Shown here: positions 1 through 12,170 of the stretch, in pieces
Numbering within the stretch: position 1 is the stretch's first letter
Layout: each line of letters opens with the position of its first letter
Assembly (NCBI RefSeq): GCF_006345805.1
Contig: NC_042999.1
Span: forward strand, 110,422,001 to 110,486,000
From: Octopus sinensis
Taxonomy: Eukaryota
DNA: 64,000 nt
Reading direction: 5' to 3'
Position numbers and translations under genes: made by a program
Notes under the pieces: model-generated
The model's database searches: none
The model's input: the letters and a program-made list of their open reading frames with translations, nothing else
Told to the model about the DNA's origin: nothing

Positions 1-824
1 ACCAAATGGCGGTGCCCCAGCATGGCCACAGCTCATGAGCTGAAACTAGAATCAATCAATCAATCAATCAATCAATCATAACTGGGAACTGAACACGACA
101 TCAATGCTTGCATAGCCCCATATGCACCCAGTTCAGCCAAACAGCCCACCCATCAATTTCAGCCAATTTTAATGTATAAATAATTTTTGTCTGGTATATA
201 TATTTATAAATTAGTAAATTTGTACAGAGCCATGTAAATGGTCATGACTTCTGGGACTTGACTGATGAAAGACAGCCAAGAATGTCTTTTTTTTTGCCTG
301 TCCTTCTTATTGTTGTTTCTCTTGTCTGCCTATCTGTCCAAACGTTTTAATACTCCCTATTGCGTCTTTGTTCCATTTTTATATATATGTATACCCTTGT
401 GCTCACCTTATAAAAGGTATGTATCTTAATTTTGTATGACTCTTACTCTTACTCACCTAAGTCATCATCAGTATTTGAATTCATGTAGCTTTATATAGTC
501 ACTGTTAAGTTAAAAGTTACATATACTTTTAAGTTATAAATTGTATATACATATACCATAGGCTTGTTTCAATTTCTGTCCACCAAATTCACTAGGTCTT
601 GGTCAACCTGGAGTTACAAAAACACCTTCCCAAGGCAATATTGCTTCTCAACTACACAGCCAAGTAAAATCACACTAGTATGAATGTATTTCAATGACAA
701 AAAAATTTTTTTAATCAAGAATTTGACTGCATTTAATGAAATAACATTTGCAGTAATTTTTGTATGAAAACCGTGTCTAGATTACACCGTAACAAAATTA
801 CAGTGGAAAATCTTAAACTTAAGA

Positions 825-1265
825 AACAGTGATTAGATAAATAAAAAAGAGGTCACAATGTAGACCTTGATATACAAAAATGATAGGATGGGCACAGCAG
901 GAATACTGTTGATAAAAACTTTGCTCAATCAGGATTGATCTACAGATCAGCAATAACAAGTGAGAGTCCCAGAAACCAATTAAATAAAAAAAAAGGAAAC
1001 ACAATGTAGTCTTTAATATACAAAATATGATAGGATGGACACAGCTGGAGCACTTTTGATAAAAACTTAGCTCAATGAGGACTGATTTTTAGTTCAACAC
1101 TAACAAGTGAGAATTCCCAAAACTGATTAAATAAAGAAGGGGCACAATACAGCCCTTGATATACAAAATATGATAGGATTGTCATAGCTGGAGCACTTTC
1201 AATAAAAACTCTGTTCAATCAGGACCGATTTAAAGTTGAAGAATAACAAGCGAGAATCCCAGAAA
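825..1265 (+). repeat. Three diverged head-to-tail ~145-bp units, related to dispersed repeat family E
   Basis: The motif GATAGGAT recurs at 882, 1029 and 1172 (periods 147 and 143), each followed by CA(C/T)AGC(A/T)GGA, (T/A)AAAAACT, CAAT.AGGA and TAACAAG.GAGA. The unit resembles dispersed pieces at ~20150-20340, ~40080-40280 and ~62200-62290. Confidence 0.8.
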
Positions 1266-1689
1266 ATATTTCATGGCACTAACATAAATAGTATTCTGAT
1301 TCCAAGAATTCTGACAACTCCTTGAACTCCACCTCATATATCCACCACTGTTTTCTGGAAGAAAGCAAACATATTAGCATAAGCTTAAATATGATGGTCC
1401 TTCTTTTCTGCACCCTCTCTCTCACCATATGAGACCATTCTTATTTTCTTGAAGGTTCTAATCAAACCAGAGAAAGACATTTGTTAGGGAAAAATCTGTG
1501 CAAGACATGTCATAAATCCTTGTATGTAAAACTCTGTTGACTAAAGGAAGTTTTTGGTATTTGTCATATTCCTCATTTTCGGTAGAAATAACTCTCTAGT
1601 TACTAATACTAGATCAAAACAAAAACAAAAACAAAAGCAAACAAATATACACATGTGTGTTTATGTGCATTGTATGTGTGTCTGTTTTT

Positions 1690-1846
1690 GTGTATATATA
1701 TATACATTTATATATGTGATATATATTTGTGTGTGTGTATATATATAAGCACATATACTTATATATATGTATATATATATTATATATATATATATAGGTA
1801 GAGAGAGGTATATATATATGTATATATATGTATGTGTAAATATATA

Positions 1847-1888
<42 letters not shown>

Positions 1889-2875
1889 ATATGTGTGTGT
1901 GTGTGTATATATATATGCACATACATGCATATATATATGTATATGTATGTACGAGTATATATGTAGAGAGAAAGATGTAGAGGTGGAGTAGATGAATCAT
2001 CAGTGACAAATCAACTTTAACGACATAAAAAAAACACATACACACACAAACACTGTATCACTCTCACCAGTTTGTTAGCAGTAAACAAATAGTTCAGTGC
2101 CAATTGTATTAACCTATTTGTATTGCTTTGTTTCTTTCTCCTTTATTTTATTTTCATTTTTCATTATATTTCTTTGTTTTCTCCCATTTTCTCATAGGTT
2201 TGCTTTTGCCTTTCTTTCCTTCCTTCTTTCTTTCTTTCTTTCTTTCTTTCTCTCTCTCGTTTTGTTACCATATGTACATTCCCACATACATATATATTCA
2301 CATATGTCCCTTATTCTTCCTTCATTTTCTCTCATCCCTCCACCTCTCTCTGGCATGCACATGCATTCATACATATATATATATATATATATATACATAA
2401 ATGCTTGCATACATACATTCATGCATATATACATACAAACATGCATACATACATGCAAGCATGCATGCATTCATATATACATGGGAAGAGTGGTTGAAAG
2501 GAGAGAAATTACAAGATATCTGTGCATAATATATGCATAAATATACACAAGACGCATGCACAAATGAACATATTTACATGCAGATAAACACACGAACATA
2601 TATATCGCTAGAGAAAATGTAATACAGAAATAGTGACAATCAGAGATATAAGTATGCATAATATAATCATAAATATAAAAACCAATAGAAGTATGAACAT
2701 GTTTATAGACATATAGACACATTTTTGCACCGTTACATTAATTGCATATGTGTGTGAAGATATATATATATTATATATATATAATATATATATTATACAT
2801 ATATTATATATATATTATATACATATATTATATATATATTATATACATGTATTATATATATATTATATATTATTA

Positions 2876-2943
<68 letters not shown>

Positions 2944-3220
2944 GTATTATATATATATACATGTGTGTGTATGTATTATTTTTGTATATGTGCATGTGTT
3001 CTATATGCATATATATGTATGTTTGTATATACATATGTATGAGCAAGTATAGAAATATATGTTTTTGCACATCCATACACATGCACATGCGTACACATAC
3101 ACCTACACACATGCATGCACATATACGTACATGCTCATACACATATATACACAATCGTGTGTACATTGCATCACCCCTCCCTCCATCAACACATGCACAC
3201 ATATGTACAAACACAGTGCG
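1690..3220. repeat. Compound (TA)n/(CA)n/(CTTT)n microsatellite field
   Basis: Seen directly. It accounts for the YIYI-type ORFs in the track. Confidence 0.95.
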
Positions 3221-3674
3221 TTGAACCCAAATTAGAAATAAGCCAAGAAACAAAAGACGATAATTGTCTGCTTTTCTGAGATTGACATTAACAGCCAAGT
3301 TCTCAGTGACAACGCTCTAATGAAAACATCTCAGAACATTCTAGAAAGACTTCTAATCTGCAAATAAAAAGCATTAATCTTTGCAGTGATGAAGTCTCAG
3401 AACATTTCTGTGGAATGATGGCTCATTCCAGCACAGCTCATCTGTTGATGTCAATAAAGGACACCAGGGATGACTATCTATGTTTTTATCTGTTAATTAA
3501 TGGGGTACTCTGCTTTGGGTTTAGATTGATGGCTGTAGCTTTGTATATTGTTGTTATCTATATTACAGTACAGCTTGCTTTATATTATGTTGTACTCTAA
3601 ATAAAAGAGGTTGTTGTTGCTGTGGTGGTGGTGGTGTTGGTATTGATGGTGATATCATTATCATTATTATTAAT

Positions 3675-3899
3675 GCAGCAAGCTGGCAGAATTGTTAGCA
3701 TGCTGGGTAAAATGCTTAGCGGTATTTCATCTGTCTGCATGTCCTAGGTTTCAAATTCTGCCACGGTTGCCTTTGCCTTTTATCTTTTCAGGGGTCAATA
3801 AATTAAGTACCAGTTGAATACTGCGGTCAATGTAATCAACTAGCACCCTCCCCCAAACTTGCTGGCCTTGTACCAAAATTTGAAACCGATATTATTATT
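3675..3899 (+). mobile_element. SINE family B (tRNA-like head, central CCTTTCATCCTTTCGGGGTCGATAAA-type domain, ATT tail)
   Basis: AGCTGGCAGAATTGTTAGCA head, GGTTTCAAATTC B-box-like motif, GGGGTCAATAAATTAAGTACCAG body, AAATTTGAAACCGATATTATTATTA tail. A second, more degraded copy follows at ~3905-4130. Confidence 0.8.
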
Positions 3900-4730
3900 A
3901 TTGTTGATGAGCTGGTAGAATCACTACCATGTGGGATAAAATGCTCAGCAGCATTTTTGCCTATCTTTGTGTTCTGAGTACAAATTTAACTGAGCTTGAC
4001 TTTTCATTTTATAATTTGATAATATTTATAAGGTGAAAATACTTACCTGTCAAGCACTGGAGTTGATGTAATTAACTAACCTCTCCCCCAAAATATCAGG
4101 CCTTGTACTGATGGTGGAAAGAAAGAAAAGAATTGTTGCTGTTTATCTTTAGCAGACCTTCCAGCAGTGACAATCTCTTCTCTTACTCAAATGTAGAGAA
4201 CCCACAGTCACATTACCAACAAGGATTTACTTTTTTTAAGTGGTACAATTTGAGGCAATTTGGCTGTTATATCTGGCAGATCAAGCCACCAAGCAAAAGC
4301 TCCCTCATATCTGATCCACATTAATTTTGTCATACTCAAACATCCTACATCAATAGTTGTCCTTTCTCGTATAGAAACACTTCATACAGAAGACTTGCAT
4401 GTCCACAAAATCAAAGATGATTTTTCTTTAAAATACACACTTGGACCAAATATCAGCAATCAAGCTATATTAATATATTGGTTTCGAATATGGGCATAAG
4501 GCCAGAAAATTCAGGGAGGGAGTAAGTCGATTACATCAACCCCCAGTACTCAACTGGTATTTAGTTTATCGACCCTGAAAAGATGAAAGGAAAAGTCAAT
4601 CTTGGTGGAATTTGAACTCAGAATGTAAAAATGGACGAAATGCCACTAACCATTTTGCCCATGGTGCTTATAATTCTGCCATCTTGCTGCCTTAAGTTAT
4701 ATAAATATATTACTATTAATATTTCTTTTA

Positions 4731-5076
4731 TTATCTCTGCCTTTGTGAAGGCGGAGGTACTGTTTTCAGTCATGTTTGTTAGTTTGTCCATGGACAAGAT
4801 ATCTCAAGAACTGCTGGATGGATTCTTGGCCTCGTAACTGACACAAACTGATTAGATTTTGGGATCGATCTGGTACCAGACAAAGATTCTAGATTATTTT
4901 TCATGTTTTTTTACTTAATTTTTGAGAGCAGTCGGGTTCATTTTTAGTATTCTTGTTTATGAGAGCAGTCGAGTTTATTTTAGATATTCTCATTTTAAAA
5001 GTCATCTCAGGCTAATCATTGAGATGACATTGGTTTTGCCTTGGCGGAGGTTTGTACTCTCTGAGGGTTTCTTATT
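4731..5076 (-). mobile_element. Non-autonomous Helentron-associated (HINE/DINE-like) element
   Basis: The 5' end reads AATAAGAAACCCTCAGAGAGTACAAACCTCCGCCAAGG on the minus strand and the 3' end carries the hairpin ACCTCCGCCTTCACAAAGGCAGAG. A homologous copy lies at 53651-54023. The class is inferred from this subterminal-IR plus hairpin layout. Confidence 0.6.
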
Positions 5077-5620
5077 CTTATTGCTATCCTATTTATTGCT
5101 TTGTTATTTTAATTTTTTTATTGTATTTATTATTTTCATTTATTACATACATTATTTTCTTTTTCTTTATTAAAAGCATCGTTTTTATTAATTTAAAAAA
5201 CTTTCTTTTTATTTATATTTTTGATAAAATTTCATCTTCAGATATACATACATTTTAAAATTTTCTTTTTTTTTTCTTTTCATAGTTGTCATACCTTTAC
5301 AAAAACTTTGAATGTCAGATCCATTGATTTAGTCTGTTACATATGTGCCTGTATTCTTATGTAGCCGTAGGTATATACATGTGTACCTGTTGGTGCATGG
5401 AAGGTACATTTTTTTTTAAATATGAAGATAAGGTAAAAAAACAAACAGGGTATGTTAGGTTTACACTCAGGAAAATTAGCTGTCTTTAATGTTTCAAGCG
5501 ATTGCTCTTCTATGGAAAGGCTAGATGAAGAGGGAAAAAAATAAAGAGAAAAGAACAAATGTGTCTCAATTAGATGCTCACCACATCAAGTATGTATATA
5601 CTCTTATGTAGGTTTATGTA

Positions 5621-5678
<58 letters not shown>

Positions 5679-5691
5679 TATATATGTATAA

Positions 5692-5755
<64 letters not shown>

Positions 5756-6413
5756 CTTTTGTTTCTTCTTAAATAGAATTTCACATCCACATATATCAGT
5801 CAGTGAGTAGATGTTGAGAATTTCTGTTATGAAATCACTCCCTACTGCCTTAAGAAATAGGTTACATCAAACAATGGAAAACCCTGATGTACAAATATAT
5901 GTGATGGTCGTTACTAGAATATTTTGATCATAGTTCTACTCAATTACAGCTGACTTGCTAATTAAACAATAACAAGAAAATCAACATTTATGAACCTGCC
6001 TTCTCCTGCTTTCAGAACTATCCATCTACTTTTCCACCCCCTTCAACCTTCTATCAGTCTGAATAATTTAGGTGTCTCTGAACATTAAACAAAAATGATG
6101 AATTGTCGTTAGAGAGGCAGACAGAATGACTTGTAGCTTGCAGTGTTCTGCATTCGAATATTACCAAGGTGAACTTTGCCCTCCATCCTTTCAGGGTTGA
6201 TTTAAAAATACTAATCCAGGTTGGTAGACTGGGTGAGATGAGGGTGGGGGAACTCATAGAATGTCAGATGTTTGTCTTGAAGTATCTCTTTCTGCTCTCA
6301 ACAATTTAACAGCGATACCTTTGCAGCAAAAGCCTTACCTTTTCTGTGGACACTAATAGGGGCATAGATATGGGAGACTTGCATGCACAGACATCTACAA
6401 AAACCTTGCTTAA

Positions 6414-6633
6414 CCCTTTCGTTACTGTATTTCTGCTGAGATGCTCTGTGTTTCTTTCAATTACTTTAAATATAACAAAGAATTTAGTAAAATAACTTAG
6501 TTATGATTAAGATAGTTTTAGGAACATAAATTGTGACTAAGGTTTGGTAGAAGATATTTATTTAGAACTTATGAAAACAAGACTTTTGTACTACAGAGCC
6601 AGAGCCGGTTTCAGTTGGGTTGGTCATGACGGG
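6414..6633. mobile_element. piggyBac-type MITE
   Basis: TTAA at 6410-6413 and 6634-6637 flanks CCC...GGG termini. TIR match beyond the CCC/GGG is weak. Confidence 0.5.
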
Positions 6634-6645
6634 TTAAGTCTTCCT

Positions 6646-7551
6646 TAACTTTTTAGCATTCAGACTACTCTGTCAAATGTAATATTTATCTATTTACATA
6701 GCATTAAATTAATCATATCTTATCTTGTACTGCTAAGTATTAAATGATGTGATCATTTAGATTTAGAATGACACCATGTATTAATTATAGAAAATAGTCT
6801 AATATTGGGGCATATAAGCTCTCAATGGAAAACATGTGTATTAGAATGTGTGGGAATCAAAAATAAAAGGTCTGGGTTTGATTCCTATGCATACTAATAC
6901 CCATTTTTTTTACCCATTGAGGGCTTATATTCCTCAATATTAGACTATCTTTTATAGCTAATATGTTGTGAACACTTGTAAGCTTAAAGCTTATAGCTAT
7001 TACTCTTTTACTCTTTTACTTGTTTCAGTCATTTGACAGCAGCCATGCTGGAGCACCATCTCTAGTTGAGCAAATCGACCCCAGGACTTATTCTTTGTAA
7101 GCCTAGTACTTATTCTATCAGTCTCTTTTGCTGAACTGCTAAGTTATGGGGATGTAAACACACCAGCATCGGTTGTCAAGTGATGTTGGCGGACAAACAC
7201 AGACACACAAACTCACACATATACATATACATTTATACAACGGGCTTCTTTCAGTTTCTGTCTACAAAATCCAATCACAAGGCTTTGATTGGCCCGAGGC
7301 TATAGTAGAAGACACTTGCCCAAGGTGTCACACAGTAGGAAAGAACCTGGTACCACGGGGTTGGTAAGCAAACTACTTACCATACAGCCACTCTTGCGCT
7401 TATCACCACTACCTTATTGTTTACAGAATTTTCAATCATCACCATTTCTTAATTTTAGAAGGACATTGTAGGGTAGGTGTGAGAAGCTACATTTGGCTGG
7501 TTTGATTATAAAATAGGTAGAATATTTGGCCGGTTTAAATGCTAAAGGGTT
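6646..7551. mobile_element. TTAA-ended MITE interrupted by nested insertions
   Basis: Left end TTAACTTTTTAGCATTCAG (~6646) and right end GGTTTAAATGCTAAAGGGTTAA (to 7551) are inverted matches. SINE A 7001-7399 lies inside. Confidence 0.5.
7001..7399 (-). mobile_element. SINE family A (tRNA-derived head, CORE-like CCTTGGGCAAGTGTC, internal (TA)n(TG)n, (AAAAGAGT)n tail)
   Basis: Full-length reverse-complement match to the plus-strand copies at 8762-9170 and 21363-21805. Confidence 0.9.
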
Positions 7552-7858
7552 AAGGAGTAACTTTTCAAGTTTAGATACTGAGATTATCTGTAACAGATGA
7601 CAAATAATATCATGAATGCAAATAATATTTACAGCAGAAGTGGCTGTGTTGCTAAGAAGCAATACATAGTTGCAGGTTCAGTCCTGCTGTGTGGAACCTT
7701 GGGCAAATGTCTTTTCTTATTAGCCAAGACTAACCAATGTTTTGTGAATGGATTTGTTTGTGAGACACTGGTTGTACAGATGTGCGTGTGCATGTATGTG
7801 TATGCGTGCATATGATTGTGTGTGTGTTTGTGTGTGTGTGTGTGTGAATATGTGTATG

Positions 7859-7935
<77 letters not shown>

Positions 7936-8456
7936 AAGACAAGGAACCCAATTCCCTTAAGAGATGAGAGCATCCTAGTTCTCCGGTTCGAAAATGGGAA
8001 TTTGAACTGAATTTTATTTCTGTAATTGACTTGATTGGGTGTGGAAACAGCTGTAGGCAGGAATTTCTCTGTATGAATTTGAATGTCTTTTAAATAAATA
8101 ACATCTGTATGACAATTTTATCCATTTTCTAATGTATATATATTTGTTAATTAGAGATGAAAGATGGAAGATATGAGAGATTTTATTAATCACCACAATT
8201 GTTTCAACCCTTCTAGCATCGATCCATCACGCACACACACACTCACACACTCACACACACATGTATACAATAGGATAATGTGAGGGAACCTGGTGCATAT
8301 GGGGTAGGCAGAAGAAATGCTTCAAAATATGTCACCTTTTACTTTTTACTGAAGTGATTAGCATAAGGGGAGACAGAATGATAGGAGTATGAAGGCAAAA
8401 GGAAATGACAAAAAAGGAGAAAATTGAAAAGCAGAGAAACAGCTGTAGAAGTAGAA

Positions 8457-8487
<31 letters not shown>

Positions 8488-8761
8488 AAGGCAGAGGGAG
8501 TGAGAAAGGCAGAGGAGAAAGAGAGAGGGGGAAATAGAGATTGCAGGCATGTATTGATATGTTTTTGACTAAAAGTGAAACTAAGAGACAGAAAAATGAT
8601 GTGAGAATGAGGAAGAGTATGTGTGTGAGAGAGACAGAAAGACAGACAGAAAGGGAGAAGTGAGAGAGAGAGGTGAGAAAAAGAGAGAAGTAAGAGAGGG
8701 GATAGAAAGAGGATAAAGAGGAAACAGAGAGAGGATGGCAAAAGAAAAAAGAAATTTTAAT

Positions 8762-9170
8762 AGGCGCAGGAGTGGCTGTGTGGTAAGTAGCTTGCTTACC
8801 AACCACATGGTTCCGGCTTCAGTTCCATTGTGTGGCACCTTGGGCAAGTGTCTTCTACTATAGCCTAAGGCCGACCAAAGCCTTGTGAGTGGATTTGGTG
8901 GATGGAAATGGAAAGAAGCCAGTCGTATATATGTATATGTATATATATGTGTGTCTGTGCTTGTGTGTCTGTGTTTGGTCCCCCAACATCGCTTGACAAC
9001 CAATGCTGGTGTGTTTATGTGTAACTTAGCGGTTCGGCAAAAGAGACCAATAGAATAAGTACTAGGCTTACAAAGTATAAATAAGTCCTGGGGTCGATTT
9101 GCTTGACTAAAGGCAGTGCTCCAGCATGACCGCAGTCAGATGACTGAAACAAGTAAAAGAGTAAAAGAGT
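8762..9170 (+). mobile_element. SINE family A, full length
   Basis: GGAGTGGCTGTGTGGTAAG (A-box-like), GGCTTCAGTTCC (B-box-like), GGCACCTTGGGCAAGTGTCTTC, tail GAAACAAGTAAAAGAGTAAAAGAGT. tRNA-derived SINEs (OK, OR1, OR2) are described in octopus, but I cannot assign this one to a family from memory. Confidence 0.9.
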
Positions 9171-9245
9171 AGATGAAAAGACTGAAAGCAAGATAAGTGG
9201 TGACTTAGAAAAAAGAGACAGAAAGATGAAAGAGACAGACTGAGT

Positions 9246-9277
<32 letters not shown>

Positions 9278-9292
9278 AATAATAAGGGAGAT

Positions 9293-9327
<35 letters not shown>

Positions 9328-9498
9328 TAAAGAGATTGAAACAAAGTTATGTGACTAGAAGTAGAAGTTTGCCAATTGTTGACATCTCAAGATTTACTAC
9401 AGATGGTGAAGACATTAGTTTCCTGTGTAGACTGATTGTACCATCACTGAAACATAAATTATTAATGATGTATTCCTGTACAGATTGTCTATGCACTT

Positions 9499-9770
9499 CT
9501 CACCACCACCACCACTATCACCACCAGTGTCATTATCATTGCTGCTGCTACAACTACTACCACTACTACTACTACTACTACTATCACCATCACTGTAACA
9601 ACCACTTCCATTAGCATTGTCACTTCAACCACCAGCACAGCCACCACCACCACCACCACCACTACTACTTCACTACTACTACAACTACTAATACAATCAC
9701 CACCACCACCAACAACAACACCACTACTACCAACAAACTGAAACAACTACCACCACCACCACTGCTGCTG

Positions 9771-9818
<48 letters not shown>

Positions 9819-9995
9819 TTACTGCTACTGCTGCTGCTGCTGTTTTAATCGTCACCGTCATCATCAATACAGTCAATTCAACTATTACCCTCACTACCAC
9901 TATTGCCACTGCCTTAATTATTGTATCTCAATGCTTTTTAACTCTCACAACCACCACCACCACCACCACCACCACCACCACTACTACCACCGTTG
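9499..9995. repeat. Compound trinucleotide tract (CAC/CTA/CAA/CTG)
   Basis: Seen directly. It gives the poly-V and poly-H ORFs. Confidence 0.9.
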
Positions 9996-10042
9996 ACACC
10001 ACCATGGAAAACAAGCCAATAAGGGAACCTCCAACTACTCAC

Positions 10043-10165
10043 TTTTGCTTGCTCGCTTGCTTATGAGGACCCATCAAAGGAGATGACAGCGCTGATCCAG
10101 GACGATCATCTTCCTCCAACCCCAGCACATTGTTTCTCATGGGAGCAGACATGGTTGACAAAATT
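10043..10165 (-). CDS. Candidate internal exon (ILSTMSAPMRNNVLGLEEDDRPGSALSSPLMGPHKQASKQ), product unknown
   Basis: Acceptor TCTGTCTATCTCATCAG, donor AAAA|GTGAGT, 123 nt, phase 2-2, open frame, non-repetitive and higher in GC than its flanks. No homology recognised. Confidence 0.3.
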
Positions 10166-10683
10166 CTGATGAGATAGACAGATTCTGTGGCACAGAGGGC
10201 ACTGAAACTGACCCCTGAACAACAGCCACAGGGGTTCTGATGGTGATGATGATGTCTCCTACCCTCTTTATTGCAGTCTCCTGTGTTTGGTTTCAAAGCA
10301 CTCTTCCTTCTCCGACATCACATGCCGGCTGCCATGGCTTCTGATTAACAGCCAGGTTTGATCCAGGACCTCCAACTGATTGGGAGGGACATAAAATGAG
10401 CGACCACTTGAGATGATCATGAAAATGAAGGACATCCAAAACTTCACTTTCATGATCATCTAAATATTCATGCAATTTGTTAAACGTAGCAACTAAATCC
10501 CTCATAAATCACACACCATCATCTTAAAAACAAAGAAAGGAGAGTACACTGGATAGCACTGTGGATATATTATTTGAATAAGATGGAATGGTCATGACTG
10601 GAATGACTTTGATTGTATAACTATGATCGATTTTTATTTACAGGCATCTAAGACTACATAACCAAATATGTCAGGCCCTTATA

Positions 10684-11094
10684 TACTCTTTTACTCTTTT
10701 ACTTGTTTCAGTCATTTGACTGCAACCCTGCTGGTGCACCACCTTTAGTCGAGGAAATCAACCCCAGGACTTATTCTTTGTAAGCTTAGTACCTATTCTA
10801 TCGGTCTCTTTTACTGAACTGCTAAGTTACGGGGACGTAAACACACCAACATCGGTTGTCAAGTCATGTTGGGGGGACAAACACAGACACAAACACATAC
10901 ACACACATAAATATACATATACATATATACGACGGGCTTCTTTCAGTTTCCGTCTACCAAATCCACTCACAAGGCTTTGGTCGACCCGAGGCTATAGTAG
11001 GAGACACTTGCCTAAGGTGCCATGCAGTGAGACTGAACCCAGAACCATGTGGTTGGTAAGCAAGCTACTTACCACACAGCCACTCCAGTGCCTA
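10684..11094 (-). mobile_element. SINE family A, full length
   Basis: Reverse-complement match to family A over its whole length. Confidence 0.9.
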
Positions 11095-11100
11095 TGAATA

Positions 11101-11326
11101 TACAGGTTGTCATCGACTTAGGATCTATCTGACTTACGACTGATCAACTTTATGACGATTGGCACACCAGCTCCTGGCAACAATAATAAATAGTCCATTT
11201 GAAATCTAATGGGTTTAATTTCTTAGAAATTAACCTATCTACAGATGATGCCAGCTAACAAATGCTTCATCCAACAAATTGTTGGATGAGTATCCTGTCG
11301 TGGAGACATTGAGGCAACCTTGTATT
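11101..11326. mobile_element. Tigger/pogo-like MITE relic
   Basis: TACAGGTTGTCATCGACTTA...GACTTACGAC left end, GAGGCAACCTTGTA right end, TA flanks, internal palindrome CATCCAACAAATTGTTGGATG. Confidence 0.45.
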
Positions 11327-11573
11327 TGTTTAAAAAATGACTGCTTGAGATTCAGAAATTTTTGACTAATGTCAGTATAATACAGAATGCTGTGTGTGTC
11401 TTTTACCTGAGAATGTAAAAAAAAAAAGCAATGCTATGTATAGGCCTAGACAACCAGTCAATTGGAACCAGTTGTGATCATAAGTTGATGATGACTTGTA
11501 TATATATATGTATATATGTGTGTGTATATATATATACACACACATAAATATATATACATACACACACACACAC

Positions 11574-11608
<35 letters not shown>

Positions 11609-11646
11609 TATATATATATATATATATGTATGTATATATATATATA

Positions 11647-12154
11647 TAAGCTGTCTTATGAATATTTATAGAACACGCATCCTATAGAAACTCAACAAAC
11701 GATTAAAAGAGAAGGTGTTAAAAGTTTTAAAGAATTTTAATCCATGCATATGATCATTTCGAATGGTTATATTAACATGTAAATAGTATGGAAAAAATTA
11801 GAAATTAATTTAATTATAATTATAATTAAATTAATTACCTATTACTGTTCTCCTCAATGTGAAAGAAGAATACATCAGAAGAATATCATGTTGTTACAGA
11901 AGACTAGATGGAATGAGTGTCACATAGCATATTCGGATATGCATAATATGCTTATGAAAGATGAAAGATAAAAACATGCTAAAGTAGTGTTGAGTCTAAT
12001 TTTTTCCATGTTATTTACATGTTAATATTACCATCCAAAACGATCATATGCATGGATTAAAATTTAAAAAACTTATAACACCTCTTCTCCATCTTTAATT
12101 ATTTGTTGGGTTTCTATAGGATACGTGTTCTATAAATACTCATAATGCACCTTA
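11647..12154. mobile_element. MITE with ~150-bp terminal inverted repeats
   Basis: Arms at about 11656-11802 and 11994-12145 are reverse complements at roughly 85% identity (e.g. TTTATAGAACACGCATCCTATAGAAAC / GTTTCTATAGGATACGTGTTCTATAAA). Confidence 0.8.
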
Positions 12155-12170
12155 AACTTGTAACACTTTC

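Noticed and set aside
1280-1480. Small minus-strand exons (NLQENKNGLIW; KQWWIYEVEFKELSEFLESEYY)
   Set aside because: The implied intron is very short and the donors are weak, so they cannot be told from chance.
5285-6065. Plus-strand exons after strong polypyrimidine tracts (~5285 and 6016)
   Set aside because: All frames close quickly. There is no support beyond the acceptor motif.
10043-10522. Selenoprotein P identity for the multi-TGA segment
   Set aside because: The His run is in a different frame from the TGAs, and there is no UxxC thioredoxin-like motif or recognisable SECIS.
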